A DNA stretch of 64,000 nt from a virus (Duplodnaviria; Caudoviricetes), in the IMG/VR virus record IMGVR_UViG_3300024507_000173, positions 1-64,000 of that record. One strand, 5' to 3'. Numbering within the stretch: the first letter of the stretch is position 1; each line of letters opens with the position of its first letter. Below the pieces are notes generated by a model. It did not search any database. It saw nothing but the letters and a program-made list of their open reading frames with translations, and was not told the origin of the DNA. The position numbers were made by a program, and so were the translations under genes. Of this stretch, positions 29,332 to 38,818 are shown one piece after another.

Positions 29332-29967
29332 ATGAGTTTTACGTTTGATTTTACAAAAGAACAGTTAGGACAAATGATTCCCGGTAATCAATACCTAGAT
29401 CATTGGTATAATGCACTATGCGAGATTCTTCCAGATTACGAAATTAATACTCCGCAGCGTGTAGCAGCTTTTGTAGCACAATGCGCTCACGAATCAGGCG
29501 GTTTCAAAGTTTTAAAAGAAAACTTAAATTATCGTGCTCCGAGTCTACGTAAGATTTTCCCTAAATATTTTCCGAATGACGACATTGCTAATCAATATGC
29601 TTCATTGCCCAACAAGCAAGAAGCTATTGCTAATAGAATCTATGCAAATCGTATGGGCAACGGTGATGAGCATAGCGGCGATGGTTTCCGTTATTGTGGT
29701 CGCGGCCTTATTCAGTTAACTGGTAAAGAAAACTATACTTGGTTTGCTGCGTCGTTAGATATTCCTGTTGAAGAAGCCAGTGAATATCTACAGACATTCG
29801 AAGGTGCTGTGCAATCAGCTTGCTGGTTCTGGGAAACAAACAACCTAAATCAATGGGCAGACAAAGGTGACATTCTAACATTAACCAAGCGTATCAACGG
29901 TGGTACTATTGGTTTAGAAGATCGTATTAAACATTATAACCACGCACTACACGTATTAGGAGCCTAA
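29332..29967 (+). CDS. GH19 family endolysin
   Basis: AAFVAQCAHESGG, ENLNY, GRGLIQLTG..NY and TKRINGG. Next to spanins and a holin. Confidence 0.9.
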   Translation: MSFTFDFTKEQLGQMIPGNQYLDHWYNALCEILPDYEINTPQRVAAFVAQCAHESGGFKVLKENLNYRAPSLRKIFPKYFPNDDIANQYASLPNKQEAIANRIYANRMGNGDEHSGDGFRYCGRGLIQLTGKENYTWFAASLDIPVEEASEYLQTFEGAVQSACWFWETNNLNQWADKGDILTLTKRINGGTIGLEDRIKHYNHALHVLGA

Positions 29968-29968
29968 T

Positions 29969-30433
29969 ATGTGGTTGCTTGCGTGGATACCTGATTCAGT
30001 ATTAATGTATGCTATACATTTAGTATTGTTGGCAGGTATCATAGGTACAGTATTAAGTTTCTTTTTGCTACACCGGATCGTTCGCTGGTTTCCAGCGTTG
30101 GCTCCTTATCATTTATTGATTCAGATCATAAGTGTTGCCCTTTTAGTTAGCGGTGTTTACTTCAAGGGCGGCTACGATACCGAAGCATCTTGGAGAGCAA
30201 AAGTTAAAGAATTAGAAGACAAGGTTGCTCTAATGGAAGACCAGTCTAATAATCTTAACAAAAAACTCGAAGAAGAACGCAAGAAAAAACAAAAAGTTCG
30301 TGTAGAATATTACAATACTGTTAAAACTGAAATTAAAGAAGTAGAACGTCAGATTAATGCAGATTGTAAATTAGACCCTAAGGTTAATGAAATAATTAAC
30401 AAAGCAGCAACTAATCCAGAGGCTAAGAAATGA
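29969..30433 (+). CDS. Inner-membrane spanin (Rz-like)
   Basis: N-terminal TM segments, a coiled coil and a C-terminal Cys. Follows the endolysin. Confidence 0.7.
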   Translation: MWLLAWIPDSVLMYAIHLVLLAGIIGTVLSFFLLHRIVRWFPALAPYHLLIQIISVALLVSGVYFKGGYDTEASWRAKVKELEDKVALMEDQSNNLNKKLEEERKKKQKVRVEYYNTVKTEIKEVERQINADCKLDPKVNEIINKAATNPEAKK

Positions 30434-30690
30434 CAAGATTAGCACTATTAATTCCTGCTGTATTGTTAACAGGTTGTTTAACGACTATTCCGCCGTTTCC
30501 GGAAGTTCCTAAAGATTTGTTAGTTGCTTGTCCAGATCTAAAAACTGTAGATCCTAAAAACGACAAATTAAGTTCAATTGTTGAAACTGTTGCAGATAAT
30601 TATAAAGAATATTACGATTGTAAAGCAAAAGTAGATGACTGGGTTGAATGGTATAACGGACAGAAGAAAATCAGAGAAAGTGTTAAATAA
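30430..30690 (+). CDS. Outer-membrane spanin lipoprotein (Rz1-like)
   Basis: Lipobox LLTGC followed by a Pro-rich segment and two Cys. Confidence 0.75.
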   Translation: MTRLALLIPAVLLTGCLTTIPPFPEVPKDLLVACPDLKTVDPKNDKLSSIVETVADNYKEYYDCKAKVDDWVEWYNGQKKIRESVK

Positions 30691-30718
30691 ACATAGCACA
30701 TTTACAAGGAGCGTATAA

Positions 30719-31279
30719 ATGGCATTGCATGATTCAATTTTAAAATTGATTAATAAAGAACCTAAGGAAGATGCGCCGAAGCCAGCGGCGGGTTCTCGAA
30801 GCGAAAGAGAAGCAAAGATTAAAGACAAAGCAGGTATGGTTATTTCCGTATTTGCCTTATTCTTAGCAGTTAACAGTTGGTATGGTGGCAAGTTAAGTTC
30901 TACAGTTCTTAACAATACCCTAGGTGCTAACAATGCTTGGGCACAATATCAGGCCAAGAATAATCGTTTAGTTAGTTATGAGATTGCCAGCAAGACCACC
31001 AGCGATCCTAAACTAAAGGCAGAGTTTAAGGCAGAAGCAGAACGTATGGACAGCGACAAGAAAGAAATTGCTGTTAATGCTCGTAAGATGGAAGCTGATC
31101 GCGAACACGCCAAAAAATCAAGTCCGTGGATTGGTTATGCATCAACTGCATATCAATTAGCCATTGTTGTTTTATCAGCAAGTATTCTTGCTGTTAGTAT
31201 GCCAATGTTTTGGAGTAGTTTTGCAGTAGCAGGAGTGGGTATATTGTTATCAGCCAACGGATTATTCCTTTGGTTTTAA
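30719..31279 (+). CDS. Membrane protein (DUF4337-like)
   Basis: TM - WAQYQAK coiled coil - two TM architecture. Confidence 0.55.
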   Translation: MALHDSILKLINKEPKEDAPKPAAGSRSEREAKIKDKAGMVISVFALFLAVNSWYGGKLSSTVLNNTLGANNAWAQYQAKNNRLVSYEIASKTTSDPKLKAEFKAEAERMDSDKKEIAVNARKMEADREHAKKSSPWIGYASTAYQLAIVVLSASILAVSMPMFWSSFAVAGVGILLSANGLFLWF

Positions 31280-31297
31280 ATTGAATAGGAGCGACAC

Positions 31298-31834
31298 ATG
31301 ACAGAAGAAGTAAAGAGCGAAAGCGAAAAGAAAAAAGAAGATTGGATGAATGCTAAGTGGCGTCCAATGATGGGTTGGATGTATATGGTTGTCTGTATGA
31401 TGGACATGGTAGTATTTCCAATCTTATGGAGTTTGTTACAAACTCTAACACATAGTCCTATTACACAATGGAATCCACTAACACTACAAGGTGCTGGTTT
31501 ATTCCATATCGCGATGGGTGCGGTATTAGGTATTGCGGCATTTGGTCGTACACAAGAAAAATTAAATGGAGCAAACAATGGCGGAATACAACAACCAACA
31601 ACATTTAGCCCTCCTCCAGCAGGACCGAGCAGTTTCCAGGCACCAGCTTCGTCAGGTTTCGGAGCAGCAAGCACCACAGGAGGCTTTAGCTCAAGCGGCT
31701 TTGGAAGCGTACCTCCAGCAGCACCAGCAGGCGGCTTTGGTAGCAGTACAGGATTTGGAGCGCCAAAGGCTCAAGTAATGACCAGCAGTTCAGGTAAACC
31801 AATGCCGGTTCAACCTGATCAACCAGAAATTTAA
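31298..31834 (+). CDS. 3TM holin-like protein with a low-complexity tail
   Basis: KWRPMMGW...LGIAAFGRTQEK, typical of the GTA 3TM holin family. Confidence 0.7.
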   Translation: MTEEVKSESEKKKEDWMNAKWRPMMGWMYMVVCMMDMVVFPILWSLLQTLTHSPITQWNPLTLQGAGLFHIAMGAVLGIAAFGRTQEKLNGANNGGIQQPTTFSPPPAGPSSFQAPASSGFGAASTTGGFSSSGFGSVPPAAPAGGFGSSTGFGAPKAQVMTSSSGKPMPVQPDQPEI

Positions 31835-31846
31835 AAGGAGAAAGAT

Positions 31847-32050
31847 ATGAAAAATCTTTTAGCACTAATAATTACAGCAACATTTTCATTTACAGCAGTA
31901 GCAGCAGATGCGCCAGCTAAGGCAGAAAAAGTTTGCATTAAAACTAAAGATGCCAAAACAGGTAAAGAAGTTGAAAAATGCAAAACTATGAAAAAACACG
32001 AAAAGAAAGAAGGCACTAAAGTTGAAGGAACTAAGCCAGATAAAAAATAA
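31847..32050 (+). CDS. Small secreted Lys-rich protein
   Basis: Signal peptide ending AVA-A, two Cys, and an AAGGAG RBS. Confidence 0.7.
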   Translation: MKNLLALIITATFSFTAVAADAPAKAEKVCIKTKDAKTGKEVEKCKTMKKHEKKEGTKVEGTKPDKK

Positions 32051-32076
32051 TTTGAGCTCAGTAAATCTTACTTAAA

Positions 32077-32107
32077 TAAAAGGACTACTTGACGTGGTCC
32101 TTTTTTT
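32077..32107 (+). terminator. Rho-independent terminator at the end of the lysis operon
   Basis: AAAAGGACTA-cttgacg-TGGTCCTTTTTTT. Confidence 0.75.
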
Positions 32108-32117
32108 ATTGTATAAT
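32089..32117 (+). promoter_or_regulatory. Sigma70 promoter for dnaJ-clpA (leaderless)
   Basis: TTGACG(32089)-17 bp-TATAAT(32112), with the ATG at 32124. Confidence 0.75.
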
Positions 32118-32123
32118 GTTACT

Positions 32124-32975
32124 ATGGATTATTACTCAACACTAGGTTTACAGAGAGGTGCCTCTGACGACGAAATTAAAAAGGCTTATCGTAAACTTGC
32201 GATGAAGCATCATCCCGATCGCGGTGGTGACCAAAATAAATTTAAAGAAATATCTACTGCCTACGAAACATTAAGCGATCCTGATAAAAAACGGATTATC
32301 GATATGGGCGGAGATCCTAATGCACAACCAGGAATGGGAGGTTTCCATCATCACGGCCCAGGAAATCCTTTTGAGTTCCATTTTGGTGCAGGTGATATAA
32401 ATGATTTGTTTGGTAATTTTGGGTTTGGAGGTTTTGGTCGCCAACCGATGAGGAAAAACAAATCCCTAAACATAAACGTAACCGTGACATTAGAAGATGT
32501 CCTAAACGGTAAAGATTTTACCGCCGAATTATCAATGCCGGGCGGAAAACCTAAAATGATCAACATTCAGATTCCTCAGGGAATAGAACACGGTCAACAA
32601 ATTAGATACGAAGGTATGGGAGACAGTTCAATTCCTTCTCTTCGACCCGGAGATCTTATAGTAAATGTATTTGTTGCAGACCATCCTATTTTTAGACGAG
32701 AAGGTGCAACTCTATTTTTAGAAAAAGAAATATCTGTTTGGGATGCAATTTTAGGAACGTCAGTTGAGATAACGACGTTAGATTTAAAAAAATTATCAAT
32801 TAACATTCCGCAAGGAACACAACCAGACACAACATTACGGATAACAGGAGAAGGTCTTCCTAATATGAGGACTAGACAAAAAGGTCATTTGATGTTAAAA
32901 ATTAAAGTATTAATACCTAAGAATTTAAACAATAATCAAATCGAACAGATTAAACAACTTAAAGAAGGAATCTAA
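32124..32975 (+). CDS. dnaJ: DnaJ/CbpA-type co-chaperone (no zinc finger)
   Basis: DYY..LG...IKKAYRKLAMKHHPD J-domain, a G/F region and a C-terminal domain. Confidence 0.9.
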   Translation: MDYYSTLGLQRGASDDEIKKAYRKLAMKHHPDRGGDQNKFKEISTAYETLSDPDKKRIIDMGGDPNAQPGMGGFHHHGPGNPFEFHFGAGDINDLFGNFGFGGFGRQPMRKNKSLNINVTVTLEDVLNGKDFTAELSMPGGKPKMINIQIPQGIEHGQQIRYEGMGDSSIPSLRPGDLIVNVFVADHPIFRREGATLFLEKEISVWDAILGTSVEITTLDLKKLSINIPQGTQPDTTLRITGEGLPNMRTRQKGHLMLKIKVLIPKNLNNNQIEQIKQLKEGI

Positions 32976-32978
32976 ATA

Positions 32979-35336
32979 ATGATCGAACCAAGTAAGCAAC
33001 TTCAAGAAATTTTTGAAGACTCTATTAGAGTTGCAAAAGACTTAGGTCACGAATATATTACCATCGAACATATTGTTTTTGGTATTATGAACGACGATGA
33101 ATCATTCAAACTTATAGAAAGTTTTGGTGCAGATTCAACTTTTATTAAAACTAATCTTGAACATTATCTAAAAAATAATCTTAACGATATCAAGATTTCA
33201 AATCCAAATATTAAGCCAAAGAAAACTAATAGTGTGGAACGTGTGCTTAATCGTTGTTTTACACAGGTGTTGTTTAGCGGCCGTCAACGAATGGAAGTGG
33301 CCGATGTAATCATCAGTGTGTTATCAGAAAAGAATAGTTTTGCCTTTTACTTCTTAACAAAAGGTGGTGTAACTAAAGAAAAATTTGTAAAATATTTCCA
33401 AGAAAATTTTGTACAGGAAGAAGAGGTCGAATTGAGCGAAAATAAAGTTGTTAATACAAATCAAGCAGATAGAATTTTAAATCAATTCTGTACAAATTTA
33501 AGCTTCAAAGCAAAGCAGCGTAAGATTGACCCTGTTATTGGTCGTGATGATGAAATTGAAAAAATTCAACTAGTTCTAGCTCGACGTAATAAGAGTAACG
33601 TTCTTATGGTAGGTGATCCAGGTGTAGGTAAGACTGCTATTGCAGAAGGACTTGCACGTAAGATCTTTGAAAAGAAAGTCCCTAAATTCATTCAGGATCA
33701 TCAAGTTTATACACTTGATATTAGTTCATTGCTTGCTGGCAGTAAATATCGTGGTGATTTTGAAGAGCGATTAAAAGCAGTTTTATCAGCACTTGAAAAG
33801 AAAGGTAAAATTATTCTTTTTATCGACGAAGCGCATATGATGAACGGTGCAGGTGCTGCAAGTCAAAGTTCTAACGATATGGCCAATATGCTTAAGCCTA
33901 TTCTTACCAAAGGTATTATCAAACTTATTGCATCTACTACCTGGGAAGAATATCGAAAATACTTCGAAAGCGATCGTGCTCTAATGCGTCGATTCCAGCG
34001 TGTAAGTATTGAAGAACCTACTCCAGAAATCACTATTAAGATTCTTAAAGGTCTTAAAAAGTATTATGAACAACATCACAATGTTAAAATTAGTGATGCG
34101 GCTATTGACCAAGCAGTTAAATTATCTGTCAAGTATATGGCGGATAAGAAACTTCCAGATAAGGCCATTGATATCATTGACTGTGCTGCGGCTCGTTACA
34201 AACTTAAAGACGACGAAGCAATGGACGGCATTGATCAAATTGTTGACATCGAACAAGTTACATACGAACTTAGCAAGATGATCAATATGCCTTTAGAGAC
34301 TGTAGCACAAAAAGAAAGCAAAAATCTTTCAGGATTAGATGCACAAATGAAATCCGTTGTTTACGGTCAGGATAAAGCTGTTGACACATTGCTTGACAAA
34401 GTTATGGTTGCACAAGCAGGTATGAAAGCACCTAACAAACCAATTGGTTCATTCTTATTCTTAGGCCCAACAGGTTGCGGTAAAACAGAAACTGCTAAAC
34501 AACTTGCAGACAAGATGGGTATGCAACTTATTCGTTTCGATATGGGCGAATATCAAGAGAAGCATAGTGTTGCACGGTTAATTGGTGCTCCTCCAGGGTA
34601 TGTTGGTTACGAAGATAACGCAGGTCAGTTAATTACTAAACTGCAAGAACAACCTAATTCTATTTTATTGTTAGACGAAATCGAAAAAGCACATCCAGAT
34701 GTTTCTAACATTCTTCTTGCTTTTATGGATAACGGGTTTGTTACAGGATCAAATGGTAAACAAGCAGATGGTCGAAATACAATTCTTATTATGACATCTA
34801 ACCTAGGTGCTGCCGATAACGAACGTAATACCATTGGATTCGGCGAACTAGAACGCGACGGCGAAGATGATAAAGCAATTAAAAAATTCTTTGCTCCTGA
34901 ATTCCGCAATCGTCTTGACGCTGTAATTAAATTCAATAAACTTAGCGAAAAAGTTGTTGAACAAATTGTCAAGAAATTTATTGGCGATCTCAACGGTCAA
35001 CTTAAAGATAAAGGAATTGAAATTGTTCTTACAGCTAAAGCTACTCGTTGGTTAGCAGATAAAGGTTATGATAAGAAAATGGGTGCTCGCCCGTTGGCTC
35101 GTATTATCGATAACGAAGTTAAAAGTCCTTTAAGTCGTCGTGTGCTGTTTGGCGATCTAGTTAATGGTGGTCGAGTAACTGTAGATATTGTTGATGATAA
35201 ACTAGACTTTACAGTTGCAGAAATTCCTAAACCATTAACTAAAGAAGAAAAGAAAGCACTCAGAGCACAACGGGCCGCTGAAGAAGCTAAGGTAGAATCG
35301 GATGCTATCACAGAAGACCAAACAGACAACTCGTAA
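32979..35336 (+). CDS. clpA: ClpA-type AAA+ chaperone
   Basis: Two AAA modules (GDPGVGKT, GPTGCGKT), no ClpB middle domain, and an IGF ClpP-docking loop. Confidence 0.9.
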   Translation: MIEPSKQLQEIFEDSIRVAKDLGHEYITIEHIVFGIMNDDESFKLIESFGADSTFIKTNLEHYLKNNLNDIKISNPNIKPKKTNSVERVLNRCFTQVLFSGRQRMEVADVIISVLSEKNSFAFYFLTKGGVTKEKFVKYFQENFVQEEEVELSENKVVNTNQADRILNQFCTNLSFKAKQRKIDPVIGRDDEIEKIQLVLARRNKSNVLMVGDPGVGKTAIAEGLARKIFEKKVPKFIQDHQVYTLDISSLLAGSKYRGDFEERLKAVLSALEKKGKIILFIDEAHMMNGAGAASQSSNDMANMLKPILTKGIIKLIASTTWEEYRKYFESDRALMRRFQRVSIEEPTPEITIKILKGLKKYYEQHHNVKISDAAIDQAVKLSVKYMADKKLPDKAIDIIDCAAARYKLKDDEAMDGIDQIVDIEQVTYELSKMINMPLETVAQKESKNLSGLDAQMKSVVYGQDKAVDTLLDKVMVAQAGMKAPNKPIGSFLFLGPTGCGKTETAKQLADKMGMQLIRFDMGEYQEKHSVARLIGAPPGYVGYEDNAGQLITKLQEQPNSILLLDEIEKAHPDVSNILLAFMDNGFVTGSNGKQADGRNTILIMTSNLGAADNERNTIGFGELERDGEDDKAIKKFFAPEFRNRLDAVIKFNKLSEKVVEQIVKKFIGDLNGQLKDKGIEIVLTAKATRWLADKGYDKKMGARPLARIIDNEVKSPLSRRVLFGDLVNGGRVTVDIVDDKLDFTVAEIPKPLTKEEKKALRAQRAAEEAKVESDAITEDQTDNS

Positions 35337-35982
35337 ATTTTACGGTAAATGGTTATACAAGGCCAGCTTTACAATAGAAGGCTGTGCCTTGTTAAGAACT
35401 AAAAATTTAGATGAAGTAGAACAATTTTGTCTAGGTCCAGATCCAGACACAAATCATTTTTCTTTTAAACAAAGAGCTTGGCATAATAAAGATGTTATTC
35501 TTCCGTTTGTTCAATTTTTAAAAAAATATACCGCAGATCTATATAGCCTAAGAATAGAAAGTGGTCTGATTGACGTATACACTAACGACAATTCTTTTTA
35601 TGATTTAATTTCTACATCGTTTGAATATATCTTACGGCATCGGTTTGAACCTAGTACTTCTAGCATTGATCTATTAAATTCTAATCAAAATTATATCACT
35701 GTAGATAAATTGCCCAAAGGTAGGTATAATTATAGAGTATATCTATTACCTCACAAAATGAAAGGCGATAAAGAAGGAAAACAACGTTATCTGGATTGGC
35801 TTAAGAAACAAGATGGTAAAGTTACTTGCACACCTGCTGTAGAAAATTGGTTTTTAAACACTGACTGGAATTGGGATAGAAGGTATGTATTAGTTGAAGA
35901 CGAAGCTACTCTGCTGATGCTAAAACTCCGTAATTCGGAAGTCGTAGGTCGAATCTACAACTTTGTTATTTCCGATAAATAA
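35302..35982 (+). CDS. Hypothetical protein
   Basis: 226-aa ORF with no motif recognised. Confidence 0.65.
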   Translation: MLSQKTKQTTRKFYGKWLYKASFTIEGCALLRTKNLDEVEQFCLGPDPDTNHFSFKQRAWHNKDVILPFVQFLKKYTADLYSLRIESGLIDVYTNDNSFYDLISTSFEYILRHRFEPSTSSIDLLNSNQNYITVDKLPKGRYNYRVYLLPHKMKGDKEGKQRYLDWLKKQDGKVTCTPAVENWFLNTDWNWDRRYVLVEDEATLLMLKLRNSEVVGRIYNFVISDK

Positions 35983-35985
35983 GTG

Positions 35986-36360
35986 ATGAGCTTTGAAACC
36001 TTTAATTTATTAGAAAATATCAGTGTGCATTCTGCATATAACAGAGATTATGATGCAGGCACAGATGCAGATGCGGTATTTTATTCCGATAAAAGCAGAG
36101 GCGCAGGATATTATAAAAACGGCAGCGGAATACATACTGTCTTGTTTCATACTGAGGGATTTGTAGGTACTATTGCTTTACAAGCAACTTTAGAACTTCA
36201 CCCCGGTGATAATGATTGGTTTGACGTTCATACAGAAACGTTTGATTTAGATAGCTCAAATTCTAATAGAAGCACAAATATTACCGGAAAATTTGTGTTT
36301 ATTCGCGCAAAATACCACATCGAAGACGGCCAAATTATTGCGGTCCGTTATAATTGCTAA
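35986..36360 (+). CDS. Hypothetical late (probably structural) protein
   Basis: CGATAAATA 35973-35981 lies directly before ATG 35986. Beta-rich sequence. Confidence 0.6.
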   Translation: MSFETFNLLENISVHSAYNRDYDAGTDADAVFYSDKSRGAGYYKNGSGIHTVLFHTEGFVGTIALQATLELHPGDNDWFDVHTETFDLDSSNSNRSTNITGKFVFIRAKYHIEDGQIIAVRYNC

Positions 36361-36404
36361 CAGTAAACTTTCGATAAATATAGTATCATCTTACGGAAGA
36401 TACT

Positions 36405-36740
36405 ATGTTATTGAAAGAAATGTTTAGCCCTATTGGTGCACCAAAAGACGACCAGCAAGATATTGACTGGTTAGACGATTTAAAGTTCTTTATTGACAAC
36501 GATACAGGAATTTTAGATCAGCACTTCTTCCCTGCCATTAAAAAACATAGAGAACACAAGGGTAATCCTCACGTATTTAAAATATACATTAGACCTATTG
36601 AAACAGCAGTAGGACATTATTGCGATAAATTTGATATTAAAGATAAAGAAGAAAAATTCCCCAAAGAAAAATTAATCGATCTTGCCAAACGCATTGCAGA
36701 TGAACAAGAAAAACATATAGAAAAAGGCGATTACAAGTAA
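36405..36740 (+). CDS. Putative internal head protein
   Basis: MLLKEMF N-terminus and a late box at 36373-36380. Confidence 0.55.
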   Translation: MLLKEMFSPIGAPKDDQQDIDWLDDLKFFIDNDTGILDQHFFPAIKKHREHKGNPHVFKIYIRPIETAVGHYCDKFDIKDKEEKFPKEKLIDLAKRIADEQEKHIEKGDYK

Positions 36741-37714
36741 TGTTATTGTTTGAATTATTTGAAGGCGGAACAAAACACGTTACATTTTGCTTTGGCAGAA
36801 TGAATCCACCTACCATTGGCCATAAGCAGGTATTAGATACTATGAAAGCCCAGGGCGGAGATATGCAGATATTTGTTAGTCAAAGTCAAGATGCTAAAAA
36901 GAATCCTTTAGATTATGGAACTAAAATAAAGTTTATTAAAGAAATGTTTCCAGAATATGCTAAAGATGTTGTAGATAATGCCGGTCTTAATACAGTTGTA
37001 AAAGTTGCTTCTTATCTTTATGATAACGGCTATAATGCAGCTACGTTTGTTGCAGGTAGTGATCGTTTAGAAGATATGAAAAAATTGTTAGAAGGATACA
37101 ACGGTGTTGAAGGTAAAGCACACGGTTTCTATAAATTTGATGTTCTAGATTTTGTATCAAGCGGAGATAGAGAAGATGGTGCAGAAGGCGTTGCTGGTGT
37201 AAGTGCCAGTGGAGCAAGAGCTGCCGCTGCCAATAACGATTTTGAAGGATTTAAAGAAGCAACAGGTGCAGGGGAACTTGCTAAACCTTTATTTGTTGCT
37301 GTTCGTAAAGGTATGAAAATTACCGAAAGTATTTCAGAAGCACCTATCGAATTAGATCCTGCTGATCCAATGGATCCTATGATTCATAGTCACAACAAAG
37401 CTAATCCTGCTAAACTTAAATATAGAATGTTAAGAGCAGCGGGTCAAATCAAAGATTTAGCCAGTAGAGTTGATGGTGCTAGCCCAGGCGAATGGCAGAC
37501 TATGGTAAGACAATTTGATGAATTAAAAATGAATGTTGAACAAATTCGTCATGCTTTAGAAGAGCTTGCAAAAATTCGTAAGAAAGGCGGAATACGTAGT
37601 AGAGGTATCGATCCTATGATTGACAGCATTGAGGAAGGATACGGACGCTATTGGTGTTCGACAGATAAAAAATGGAAGGAACGTAAGGGTCCAAAACAAA
37701 AGAGGTCGTCATGA
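36740..37714 (+). CDS. HxGH nucleotidyltransferase (cytidylyltransferase/NMNAT-like) with head-protein-like extensions
   Basis: FGRMNPPTIGH, KNPL, VAGSDR and SASGAR motifs. MLLFELFE N-terminus. Confidence 0.75.
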   Translation: MLLFELFEGGTKHVTFCFGRMNPPTIGHKQVLDTMKAQGGDMQIFVSQSQDAKKNPLDYGTKIKFIKEMFPEYAKDVVDNAGLNTVVKVASYLYDNGYNAATFVAGSDRLEDMKKLLEGYNGVEGKAHGFYKFDVLDFVSSGDREDGAEGVAGVSASGARAAAANNDFEGFKEATGAGELAKPLFVAVRKGMKITESISEAPIELDPADPMDPMIHSHNKANPAKLKYRMLRAAGQIKDLASRVDGASPGEWQTMVRQFDELKMNVEQIRHALEELAKIRKKGGIRSRGIDPMIDSIEEGYGRYWCSTDKKWKERKGPKQKRSS

Positions 37715-38304
37715 GAGCAAAAGATATTATACCAACAAGTAAACCAAGAAACTTTGTAGCTAAGAATCAAAAAACTAGCGGTGCCGGCGCACACAAAGAT
37801 AAAAAGAAAGCACAAAAGCAAGGTGATGTTAAGCACAAGAATAAAGTCGATGAAACTGAACTTCGCAATAAAGATGACCTTCAAGCAAAACGCAAAGCCC
37901 TACAAGACCTACAAATGGATCCAATTGCCGGAAAAGATCCTGAAATTAAACAGGCCATTATTCAACGCAAGGCAGACCTAGAAAAAGAAGCAAAGCAAAA
38001 AGGTATGGCAGAAGCAGGTTTTGGACGTGATGCTTATCAAAGAGACTATGATAGTAGCGTAAGCGGATTTGGACGTAGAAATAGAGAAGACGACTGGGAC
38101 GAAGGTAATACAGAACCTCCAAACAACTTTGCTATCTACATTAACGGCAAGAAATGGAAAGTATTTCAAGGTCAAGGAACATATGCCGACGATTACAGAG
38201 AAATGGCTCAGCTTCGTAGATTACAAGATATGTGCCGTAAGAAAACTGCACAGACTGGCAAGAAATGGGAAGTATCTAGAACAGGTGAAAAGGCTACTGC
38301 ATAA
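37711..38304 (+). CDS. Putative internal head (poly)protein
   Basis: MRAKDII N-terminus, and charged modules separated by VDE, MAE and WDE sites. Confidence 0.5.
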   Translation: MRAKDIIPTSKPRNFVAKNQKTSGAGAHKDKKKAQKQGDVKHKNKVDETELRNKDDLQAKRKALQDLQMDPIAGKDPEIKQAIIQRKADLEKEAKQKGMAEAGFGRDAYQRDYDSSVSGFGRRNREDDWDEGNTEPPNNFAIYINGKKWKVFQGQGTYADDYREMAQLRRLQDMCRKKTAQTGKKWEVSRTGEKATA

Positions 38305-38627
38305 TGATTGAGATAACTGAATCAGCTAAAAGTAAAATCGTAGATTTATTGATTGATGAAAACAATCCTAAACTAGCTCTTCGAACCTTTGTACAAGGCG
38401 GAGGCTGTGCTGGTTTCAGTTATGGATTTACATTTGACGAGGAACAAAACGAAGATGATTTCGAAATTCCTTTAGAAAATTTTAAAGTTCTTGTTGATTC
38501 TATGAGTATGCAATACCTACAAGGTGCTGTCATAGATTATAAAGAAGAGTTAATGGGCAGTCAATTTGTAATTAAAAATCCAAATGCTCAAACAACCTGT
38601 GGATGTGGGAGTAGTTTTGCTGTATGA
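38304..38627 (+). CDS. erpA: Fe-S cluster carrier ErpA/IscA
   Basis: GGGCAGFSY and [14 protein letters not shown]. Confidence 0.92.
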   Translation: MIEITESAKSKIVDLLIDENNPKLALRTFVQGGGCAGFSYGFTFDEEQNEDDFEIPLENFKVLVDSMSMQYLQGAVIDYKEELMGSQFVIKNPNAQTTCGCGSSFAV

Positions 38628-38818
38628 AACAATATCGTGTAACATATAATGTACAAACCAGTGAAGAAGACTGCGTCTTAGATCCCAACGATCCTATTCA
38701 TAAAATGAAAGAAGGAATGTTTATGGGAGGTATTGCTGGTGTAGACACGTATCTAGTATATCCAGAAAAACAAAGCATTGACTCCGACGAAAAAATTAAT
38801 CCCTTTAGTCAAGTATGA
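38624..38818 (+). CDS. Hypothetical protein
   Basis: 64-aa ORF coupled to genes on both sides. Confidence 0.6.
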   Translation: MKQYRVTYNVQTSEEDCVLDPNDPIHKMKEGMFMGGIAGVDTYLVYPEKQSIDSDEKINPFSQV

